A DNA stretch of 64,000 nt, from positions 288,001 through 352,000 of the forward strand of contig CAVSHR010000012.1 of the NCBI GenBank assembly GCA_963727625.1, read 5' to 3'. The position numbers and the translations under genes were made by a program. This DNA comes from an uncultured delta proteobacterium. Lineage in GTDB: Bacteria > Desulfobacterota > Binatia > UBA9968. This document shows, one piece after another, positions 56,204-64,000 of the stretch. The notes beneath the pieces were generated by a model that had not been told where the DNA came from, made no database searches, and worked only from the letters and a program-made list of their open reading frames with translations. Position 1 is the stretch's first letter. Each line of letters begins with the position of its first letter.

Positions 56204-56659
56204 ATGGAGTCCGCGACAGAGAATCGCCATCCGGGGAGCAATATGGATGCGATCAGACGGAGCGTGGACGCCTACACCAAAGCCGGTCGAAGCACAAAGG
56301 AGCCCGGTAGCGCGTGCCCCGAGGAAAAACCGCGTGGTCTAAGGTGGCCGATCGAAAATGTCTATAGCCGCAACGGTAGAGTCAATGTCGGTTCCAGTCA
56401 TTCGGATAAAACCATGAGGGCGGCTTTACCGGACATTCACCTCACCGACATCGGCAAGCAGAAAAACGGCGCCACACCGGGCGAAGTCGCCGAAAAAATC
56501 ATCGACGCCCTCAGGAAGAGCGTAAACACGACCGTTGCCAGCGTGGATACGAGCAAGGTGCTGGGCGAGGCCAAGAAACAATTCGGTGCCGCGAGCCCCG
56601 GAATCGAAGAGAAGACGAAAGGCGCGGTCAGTGGTATAAAGGGCCTGTTCGGCAAGTGA
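56204..56659 (+). pseudogene. Probable C-terminal remnant of an AsmA-like protein
   Basis: LPDIHLTDIGK..GATP.EVA, ending KGLFGK; N-terminal part looks degraded. Confidence 0.45.
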
Positions 56660-56779
56660 GACGCGGCAATGAGCTCGCTCGCCGTGGCCTTGCTGCTTCG
56701 ACATCGCCGCTAATAGACCTATAGGATCGGCATCGGTCCGAAAAAATTATTATTCGATGCGCGGCGCGGGAGACGGCCT

Positions 56780-58126
56780 ATGCGATTAAAAGAGCGGTTT
56801 TTAAAAAAACTTTCCGATACCGTCCGATTCTTAAACACCGGTATTTGGCGTTTACAAACCCATAAACTACCGCCTCGCCGGTCGTTTTGGATCACCCAGC
56901 TGAGGATTTTTCTCTTAGCCCTTCGCCGCTTTAATTTAGACAAATGCGAGCTGCGCGCTTCGGCGCTAACGTATTATTCGCTGCTGTCGATTGTGCCGGT
57001 GGTTGCGCTGGCTTTCGCGATCGCGAAGGGGTTCGGTGTCGATAAAATCCTTAGCGAACAGCTCATGGCAAAGATGCAAGGTCAAGAAGAGGTGGCAGAG
57101 AGGATCATCGGCTTTGCGCAATCTTTTTTGGAGAACACCAGAGGCGGCGCCATCGCGGGAGTCGGCATCATTTTTTTGTTTTGGACGGTCATCAAGGTCT
57201 TGGGCAACATCGAGAAATCTTTTAACGATATCTGGGGTGTGAAAACCCCAAGGGCCATGGGTCGCAGGCTCGCCGACTATTTATCGGTCATGATGATCTG
57301 TCCGGTATTATTGATCCTCGCCAGCAGCGTCACGGTGTTGCTCACGACTCGGGTTTCATCGATGTTGGAGCGGCTGTCTTTCCTGGGCTATCTCGCCGAC
57401 GCACTGATCTGGCTGCTGCAAATCTTACCCTACGGCGTCATCTGGTTGGTCTTTACGTTTATCTACGTTTTCATGCCGAATACAAAGGTCGCGATGAAAT
57501 CAGCTCTCTGGGGAGGGATCCTTGCGGGAACCATCTATCAGCTTGTCCAATTGGCTTATATAACATTCCAGATCGGCGTCTCCAAATACGGCGCTATTTA
57601 CGGCAGCTTTGCCGCGTTGCCGTTGTTCTTGGTATGGTTGCAATTGAGCTGGCTGATCGTGCTCCTGGGCGCGGAAGTTTCGTTCGCTCATCAAAATGTC
57701 ACGACCTACGAATTTGAGCAGGATTGTCTGAGCGCGAGCCACTCTTTCAAGAGAACAGTCGCTCTCGCGGTGACCTCGCTCTGTGTGAAAAAGTTTCTGA
57801 AAGGCGAAAATCCCCCGACTGCCGGAGATGTTTGCCGTGAGCTGGAGATGCCCATCCGCCTGGTTCGTTCAGTTCTCTCTGAATTGACGGAGGCGAGACT
57901 CCTTTCCGAGGTTAGTTTCGACCCTGCCGGCGACGTCGCCTATCAACCGGCGTGTGATATTCACCGACTGAGTGTGGCCGGCGTAATCGAACGGTTGGAC
58001 CAGCAGGGCGTCACCGCGGTTCCCATTGCCGACTCTCCCGAAGTGCAGAAGCTCGGAGAAACGTTGAAGTCCTTTCGCGAAATGAACAAGCAGTCGCCCG
58101 CAAACTTAAAACTTCAAGATTTGTAA
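56780..58126 (+). CDS. YihY/BrkB family membrane protein with C-terminal HTH
   Basis: ASALTYYSLLSIVP, IYGSFAALPLFLVW. Confidence 0.9.
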   Translation: MRLKERFLKKLSDTVRFLNTGIWRLQTHKLPPRRSFWITQLRIFLLALRRFNLDKCELRASALTYYSLLSIVPVVALAFAIAKGFGVDKILSEQLMAKMQGQEEVAERIIGFAQSFLENTRGGAIAGVGIIFLFWTVIKVLGNIEKSFNDIWGVKTPRAMGRRLADYLSVMMICPVLLILASSVTVLLTTRVSSMLERLSFLGYLADALIWLLQILPYGVIWLVFTFIYVFMPNTKVAMKSALWGGILAGTIYQLVQLAYITFQIGVSKYGAIYGSFAALPLFLVWLQLSWLIVLLGAEVSFAHQNVTTYEFEQDCLSASHSFKRTVALAVTSLCVKKFLKGENPPTAGDVCRELEMPIRLVRSVLSELTEARLLSEVSFDPAGDVAYQPACDIHRLSVAGVIERLDQQGVTAVPIADSPEVQKLGETLKSFREMNKQSPANLKLQDL

Positions 58127-58201
58127 CCTATCACCAGGCTCGTTTAGCTGCTTCGTGAATCGCCGTCAAAAGAGCCCCACCCCTTATCCTCGGAGCGACG
58201 G

Positions 58202-58555
58202 ATGAAATTTGAACTTCGGCCGATTGGATGGATACGCAAGACCAAAACCAAGACTCGGATCGTGCTGTACAAAAAATTTCAGGCCGGACTCGCGGGCATC
58301 GAGTCGAAGTCAGAGATCTGGGTGCTTTGGTGGTTTAACCGCAACGATACGCCGGAACGACGCGCCACCCTCAAGGTCCATCCGAAGGGCGACCCGGCAA
58401 ATCCCTTGACCGGCGTGTTTGCGACGCGGTCGCCGATGCGGCCCAATCTGATTGCGCTGAGCCGCTGCAAGATTCTCTCCGTGAAGAAAAATATTATCGA
58501 GATCGACTCGATCGATGCTTTTCCCGGCACCCCGGTGTTGGATCTAAAACCGTAG
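58202..58555 (+). CDS. tsaA: TsaA/TrmO-family SAM-binding protein
   Basis: GVFATRSPMRPNLI, GTPVLDLKP. Confidence 0.88.
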   Translation: MKFELRPIGWIRKTKTKTRIVLYKKFQAGLAGIESKSEIWVLWWFNRNDTPERRATLKVHPKGDPANPLTGVFATRSPMRPNLIALSRCKILSVKKNIIEIDSIDAFPGTPVLDLKP

Positions 58556-58907
58556 CAGCAAGTTAAGGCGGCTCTCTGACTAAGCCGTGAGCTGTCAATC
58601 CTGGCCGTTGATGTCATTCTTATTGTCCGTCCTGACACCGGCGCCTGCAAAGTGCCAAGCGCTAGGTTCGAAACGGCGCGGGACGGATCACTAAGACAGG
58701 ATCACCGCAATTGGATACGACACGATCGGTGACGCTACCAAGAACCCAGCGGCCCATGCCTGATCTTCCATGAGTCGACATCGCTACCATATTGCCGGAA
58801 CTCTTGCGCGCCAATTCGATGATTTCTTCCGCTCCTCTGCCTTCCTCAACCAGGGTGGTTATTTTTTGTATTCCTGCCGCCCTCAACTCTCCGGCCTTGG
58901 CTTGCAA
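58514..58907. repeat. 394-bp direct repeat copy 1 (tsaA 3' end plus Usp 3' end remnant)
   Basis: Near-identical to 59708-60101. Confidence 0.95.
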
Positions 58908-59026
58908 TAGGATGCCGGCATCCGCCAAGGCGGTATCTAGAATCGCTTCAGCCGCCGCGCCGCTTCGGCTACACGCACACCGACACAGCCAAACCTAGCT
59001 AAGACACAATCGATGAAAAAGCCCGC

Positions 59027-59338
59027 TCATTCATCGTCAAAACCCAAATGGCGCTCGACCTGGAGATCACGTCTCTGGCGCAAGACTTCCTCTTTCCCCA
59101 GAGGATCGTGATCACAGGGTCCGTAGAAGTCGATGATATCCCCTTCGCTAGGCGCTGTAAGAACCGGCTCCAAGTAGAGGGTCTCTTTCCTGATTGCCGG
59201 AAACTTCAGATGGCAGTAACTGCCGGAAGTATCCGCTACTTTGTAAATAACCCCTTCAGCACCCGATCTTGGTGCAGCGCTGCAGGCCAGACCCGTTAAC
59301 AAAGGTAGGACGCCCAGCAAGTATTCAATCTTCCTCAT
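59027..59338 (-). CDS. Hypothetical lipoprotein
   Basis: Lipobox GLAC; SYCHLKFPAI..FYGPCDHDP; GGAGG RBS. Confidence 0.65.
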   Translation of the reverse strand: MRKIEYLLGVLPLLTGLACSAAPRSGAEGVIYKVADTSGSYCHLKFPAIRKETLYLEPVLTAPSEGDIIDFYGPCDHDPLGKEEVLRQRRDLQVERHLGFDDE

Positions 59339-59707
59339 CTTCGCCTCCGTTGGATAATACCGTAACCTTGGTTTTTACGCTTTCCGTCCCCAAGCGCGGG
59401 CTCAGGACATTCTCAGGCACAGATATTGACCGGCGCGGCGGGCAAAATCAACTTGGTCATTTCGAGCAGAGCTTCGCGCCTTTTTCTGAGGGTATATATC
59501 CTTGTTCAGTCGTCCATTCGCAGAGTTGAATGTTGGATCGCTTCGTTCGGCGACAGTCGTAGTAAAACGCAGCTCGTGGCCGCCGGGTTTAATCATCATG
59601 GCACATAAGAAGCCGATGCTTTCCGGCAGCCCGTAGATTCGCCGAATGGAGTCGAAGAGCTGTTCGGCCGAGCCTCCCGGAAGCCGCAGGCGGGCTCAAA
59701 ATATATA

Positions 59708-60101
59708 GATGCCTTTTCCGGCACCCCGGTGTTGGATCTAAAACCGTAGCAGCAAGTTAAGGCGGCTCTCTGACTAAGCCGTGAGCTGTCAATCCTGGCC
59801 GTTGATGTCATTTTTATTGTCCGTCCTGACACCGGCGCCTACAAAGTGCCAAGCGCTAGGTTCGAAACGGCGCGGGACGGATCACTAAGACAGGATCACC
59901 GCAATTGGATACGACACGATCGGTGACGCTACCAAGAACCCAGCGGCCCATGCCTGATCTTCCATGAGTCGACATCGCTACCATATTGCCGGAACTCTTG
60001 CGCGCCAATTCGATGATTTCTTCCGCTCCCCTGCCTTCCTCAACCAGGGTGGTTATTTTTTGTATTCCTGCCGCCCTCAACTCTCCGGCCTTGGCTTGCA
60101 A
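59708..60101. repeat. 394-bp direct repeat copy 2
   Basis: Near-identical to 58514-58907. Confidence 0.95.
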
Positions 60102-60734
60102 ATAGTCCCCGATCTCTCTCTTGGTCTTTTCTCGGAGCTCAGCCATGTCAGGTGGAGAAACGCGGGCGGCCAAGAAGTACCCGGCGCTTGGCAGACTATA
60201 AGTTCGGATCAGCGCCACCTGCAATCCCAACTTGGTCGCAAAGAAAATGACCTGCGGGAATATCTGCTCCGCCAAGTGTGAACCATCTAGGGGAACGATA
60301 ACGGTTTCCAGCCGCACATCAGCGTTGGGAGAAGCGCCGCCTTGGGGGCGAATGAGCAGGAGAGGATTCTTCGATGCCTGCAGCACCTTCTGGGCCACAC
60401 GCCCCAGCAGCCAGCGTTGGCCGCCGGTTTGCCCGTGGGTGGCCATCGCGATAAGGCTGTCGGCATCCGCCGAGGCGGTATCAAGAATGACCTCAGACGC
60501 CGAACCGGTTTTCACAGCGCAACTCACGGTCAAATTGCTTGAGAACGAGGTCGCCACTTGGCTCAGGTAATCCGTTGCCCGAGTCGGATGCAGCGATGAA
60601 GAAACCGACTGCGGATCGCTGACGTGGATCAGGTCCACGGGCAGTTGCAGAGCCCCGGCAAAAAATCCGGCGTAGGGCAAGACGGCTTCGGCCAGTTTCG
60701 ACCCATCAAGCGGGACAATAATTTTATTGTACAT
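59856..60734 (-). CDS. Tandem-domain universal stress protein
   Basis: MYNKIIVPLDGS; two Usp motifs. Confidence 0.92.
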   Translation of the reverse strand: MYNKIIVPLDGSKLAEAVLPYAGFFAGALQLPVDLIHVSDPQSVSSSLHPTRATDYLSQVATSFSSNLTVSCAVKTGSASEVILDTASADADSLIAMATHGQTGGQRWLLGRVAQKVLQASKNPLLLIRPQGGASPNADVRLETVIVPLDGSHLAEQIFPQVIFFATKLGLQVALIRTYSLPSAGYFLAARVSPPDMAELREKTKREIGDYLQAKAGELRAAGIQKITTLVEEGRGAEEIIELARKSSGNMVAMSTHGRSGMGRWVLGSVTDRVVSNCGDPVLVIRPAPFRT

Positions 60735-60810
60735 TTGATTTACTTTCTTATGGCTCGACTTTGTCGCGCTCCCGCGCAGATTCAAGAACAGCTGACGAAA
60801 TAAAAGCTAC

Positions 60811-60826
60811 GCAGGAGCCATGCCAA
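60811..60826 (-). promoter_or_regulatory. Sigma-54-like promoter for the Usp gene
   Basis: TTGGCAT-GGCTC-CTGC. Confidence 0.55.
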
Positions 60827-61020
60827 CAAGGACGGTACGCGAGGTCAGGAATCGCTGCGACTTCGAGTTTGTCTATTCTCACTCATAAAAAAATAGCGCG
60901 TAAAAATCTCGCAAACGGGAAAGCGTCAACTCTAATACGATAACATCGCACTCCATTGGCCGAGATAGAGACGATCTGGTATGTGGATGACTGATCTGAA
61001 ACCAACAAGGGGTAAAAACG

Positions 61021-61761
61021 GTGACTACGTTTTTTTGGATCTTTTCCAGTGGAATATTGATGAGCGCGATCGCGCTCATCGGCAGCGTCACTCTGTTTCT
61101 CAGCGAAGCAACGCTAAAAAAATTATTGTTACCGCTGGTCGCCATGGCGGCAGGCACACTGCTCGGCGGCGCGCTATTCCACATGATACCCGCCGCCATC
61201 GAAAAGAGCGGCAACCAACTGTCGGTTTACATCTGGATTTTGCTCGGCTTCACCCTCTTCCTGGCGCTCGAACAGTTTCTCCACTGGCATCACTGTCACC
61301 GGGCGCCGAGCGAACACCGCCCGTTGACCTATTTAATTCTGATCGCCGACGGGGTGCATAATTTCATCGGCGGCCTCGCCGTGGCCGGAGCCTTTCTCAT
61401 CGACGTGAGAGTCGGCGTCAGTACTTGGCTGGCAGCGGCCGCCCATGAGGTACCGCAAGAACTGGGAGACTTTGGCATTCTCATCCACGGCGGCTGGAAA
61501 AAAGGTCCGGCATTGTTCTACAACTTTCTATCAGCGCTCACCTTCCTGGTCGGCGGTATCGTCGCCTACGGCGCGTCTTTCACTTTTGATGTGACTTTTC
61601 TGCTTCCGTTCGCTGCCGGCAACTTCATCTACATCGCCGCGGCGGATCTGATACCAGAAATCAAACATGAGGAAAGCGCGAGGCTCAATGTCCTACATTT
61701 GGTATCGTTCCTGATTGGTATTGTCCTTCTCTTGATCGTACGATTCGTATTCGAAGATTGA
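61021..61761 (+). CDS. ZIP family metal transporter
   Basis: DGVHNFIGG, HEVPQELGDF, DLIPE. Confidence 0.92.
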   Translation: MTTFFWIFSSGILMSAIALIGSVTLFLSEATLKKLLLPLVAMAAGTLLGGALFHMIPAAIEKSGNQLSVYIWILLGFTLFLALEQFLHWHHCHRAPSEHRPLTYLILIADGVHNFIGGLAVAGAFLIDVRVGVSTWLAAAAHEVPQELGDFGILIHGGWKKGPALFYNFLSALTFLVGGIVAYGASFTFDVTFLLPFAAGNFIYIAAADLIPEIKHEESARLNVLHLVSFLIGIVLLLIVRFVFED

Positions 61762-61782
61762 CGACTTTTGGGATGCCCAACA

Positions 61783-62565
61783 TCATTCTGTTCTCGAACC
61801 CTTACGGAAAACGATGACCTCTCCCTCAGGAAGTAAAACCCATTCCTCGTTAACCGTAAGAGGTTCGGTGGCCACAAGCGCAAGCCTCTGGTTTTCACTC
61901 CGTGGCTGTGACATGCGAATCGTCAACTCCGCACCTTGGAGGCATTCACTCGCAGATCGACACTCCCTAGATACATAAAAGAGCTGGGTGGATCGATGCG
62001 CATACAAGAATTCTGTGTCCGAAAGGAGAAAATTGAAGATACCGAATGTCGACACTTCTTTCGCCCAGGATTGAATGACAGACAATTTCCGAGAGAGATC
62101 GAGAATCGTTTCTTGGGTCAACTCGCAGCGGAGCCGATCCATCAGCAGGCAGAAGGCTCTTTCCGAGTCGGTCTCCCCGAGCGGCAAATAAAAACTCGGT
62201 TTGCGACGGGATTCATCCAGCACACCCGGAATGTCGCCGTTGTGCGCAAAAACATGCGCATAGCCATACAGCTCCCGTGCAAACGGATGCGTGTTCGCAT
62301 ACGACAAAGCTTTCGGAGCGGAGGCCTGACGAATATGAGAAATTACGATTTCGCTGTTAAAATCGTGGGTCTCAATGAAGCCGAGACAAGCGCTGTCGAA
62401 AGCCGGCGACGCTTCCTTGATGATGCGAAAATCTCGCCCTTCGTGAAACGCAATGCCCCAACCGTCTCCGTGGGGTTCATTCCCGCCGCCTCTTTCTCCA
62501 AACGCCTTGAGCGAAAACCTCACATTGGTTGGAAGTCTGCTCGACATCCCGAAAAGCTGGCACAT
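61783..62565 (-). CDS. Class II glutamine amidotransferase (YafJ/EgtC-like)
   Basis: N-terminal MCQLFG, DGWG, NTHPF, HNG, GETDSE. Confidence 0.92.
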   Translation of the reverse strand: MCQLFGMSSRLPTNVRFSLKAFGERGGGNEPHGDGWGIAFHEGRDFRIIKEASPAFDSACLGFIETHDFNSEIVISHIRQASAPKALSYANTHPFARELYGYAHVFAHNGDIPGVLDESRRKPSFYLPLGETDSERAFCLLMDRLRCELTQETILDLSRKLSVIQSWAKEVSTFGIFNFLLSDTEFLYAHRSTQLFYVSRECRSASECLQGAELTIRMSQPRSENQRLALVATEPLTVNEEWVLLPEGEVIVFRKGSRTE

Positions 62566-63032
62566 TAATCGCCCCCGCGACCGACAGACTGCGCGACGAA
62601 CTCACGAATCGCAGCGGCCGGCCGAGCTCCGGCTGTGCGTCCGATCGCTCTTCCATGGGAAAAGACCATCATCGTCGGTATTGAGCTAATCTGGAACCTT
62701 TGCGACACGGCCAGGAGATTCTCGGTGTTCACTTTAACGACCAAGAGTCGACCGGCTTCAGCGATAGCCACCTTTTCCATCTCCGGCGCCACGGTTCGAC
62801 AGGGTCCGCACCACGGCGCCCAAAAATCGATCAGCACCGGCACCGGGCAGTTCGCAATAACGGCGTTGAAGTGCTCCTCAGTATCAATTTCAACTGGACT
62901 CGATAGCGTGGGGAGCGGTGCCTTGCATTTACCGCAGCGCCCGCGTCGATCGGCATGCCTAAAAGGCGTGCGGTTTTTCTGGCCGCAGCGTGGACAAACC
63001 GAGAGAATTCCTTGTGGATCAATTGAGGACAT
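62565..63032 (-). CDS. trxC: Zn-finger thioredoxin
   Basis: CPRC..CGKC and WCGPC. Confidence 0.9.
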   Translation of the reverse strand: MSSIDPQGILSVCPRCGQKNRTPFRHADRRGRCGKCKAPLPTLSSPVEIDTEEHFNAVIANCPVPVLIDFWAPWCGPCRTVAPEMEKVAIAEAGRLLVVKVNTENLLAVSQRFQISSIPTMMVFSHGRAIGRTAGARPAAAIREFVAQSVGRGGD

Positions 63033-63038
63033 TCGGCC

Positions 63039-63887
63039 TCAAAACCGGTTCAACGGGATTTTTAGATAGGCGGTTCCGTTCGCTTCCGGCTCGGGAAACT
63101 CTCCGGCGCGGATGTTGATCTGGATCGCGGGCAAAATCAGCGCCGGCATGTCGAGCTGGACGTCGCGCGCTTTTCTGAGGGTCATATATTCCAGTTTTGT
63201 TGTCCCTTCGCGCAGTTGAATATTGGATCGCTTTTGTTCAGCCACGGTCGTGACGAAACGCAGCGCGCGGCCGCCGGGCTGGTAATCGTGGCACATGAAA
63301 AGCCTGGTGCTTTCCGGCAACGCATAGATTCGCTGAATCGAATCGAAGAGCTGATCTGCCGATCCGCCGGGAAAGTCGCAGCGCGCCGTGCCGTAGTCCG
63401 GCATGAAAAGCGTATCGCCGACGAACAGCGCCTCGTCGATCTGCCAGCACATATGCGCCGGTGTGTGTCCGGGCGTGTGCATGGCTCGCACTCGGAACGA
63501 ACCGACTTCGAGCTCCTGTCCTTCGTCGAGCAACAGATCGAACTGCCGCCCATCCACCGGAAAATCCGCGCCGAGATTGTAAATGTCACGAAAAGCGCGT
63601 TGGACTTCGCCTACCCGGCTGCCGGTCACCGTGCGGGCGCCGAATCGTTTTTTAATGAAAGACATGGCGGTCAAGTGGTCCGCATGCGCATGGGTGTCGA
63701 TCACGTAGCCGATGGCAAGATTCCGGTCATCTATATACTGTGCCACCGCTTCCGCGGACACGAGGGATGTGCGCGCACTCTTCGGGTCGTAATCCAGCAC
63801 TGGGTCGATCACGACCCCGGCTTTTGTGTCATGAACGACATAGGTTAACGTCGAAATTGCCGGATCGAAAAAGTGTTGAATGTTCAT
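63039..63887 (-). CDS. MBL-fold persulfide dioxygenase-like hydrolase
   Basis: THAHADH, TPGHT, GTARCDFPGG, CHDY. Confidence 0.9.
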   Translation of the reverse strand: MNIQHFFDPAISTLTYVVHDTKAGVVIDPVLDYDPKSARTSLVSAEAVAQYIDDRNLAIGYVIDTHAHADHLTAMSFIKKRFGARTVTGSRVGEVQRAFRDIYNLGADFPVDGRQFDLLLDEGQELEVGSFRVRAMHTPGHTPAHMCWQIDEALFVGDTLFMPDYGTARCDFPGGSADQLFDSIQRIYALPESTRLFMCHDYQPGGRALRFVTTVAEQKRSNIQLREGTTKLEYMTLRKARDVQLDMPALILPAIQINIRAGEFPEPEANGTAYLKIPLNRF

Positions 63888-64000
63888 TTCAAATCCCGGT
63901 TAAAAATCATTCGCAATACGAATCTTCATAGCTGAAGGCGCTAAAAGAGAATCAACGTTTCACCGGTAGCCCCTTCTTTGGGAACCGAAGATCTAAATAT

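Overview
A GC-rich bacterial window, plausibly Deltaproteobacteria/Binatia-like (a guess from gene content). It has three parts. (1) 0.5-24.6 kb is a minus-strand CRISPR-Cas locus: a 32-repeat array, the adaptation genes cas1-cas2-cas4, cas6, three toxin-antitoxin pairs and a WYL regulator. Its effector operon is type I-D (cas10d, an apparently separate cas11d, cas7d, cas5d, cas3'). Spliced between cas5d and cas3', with overlapping start/stop codons, is a second minimal type III-F-like module: HD-containing Cas10 lacking GGDD, Cas5, a small helical subunit and one Cas7. Many effector genes are frameshifted; several breaks examined are homopolymer shortenings, so they may be long-read errors. 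(2) 25-31.2 kb is an N-type ATPase operon lacking atpR. (3) 31-64 kb is a stress/low-oxygen metabolism region (Usp genes, Hsp20, POR, Glu/Leu dehydrogenase, acsA-PDH-ACP, DnaJ, Mla-like ABC transporter, TrxC and others) with six sigma-54-type promoters. Across the window, accessory cassettes are bracketed by 100-400 bp duplications of host gene ends and often edged by 7/9-mer tandem repeats or palindromes. No integrase or transposase is visible. All calls come from reading motifs by eye; no searches were run.
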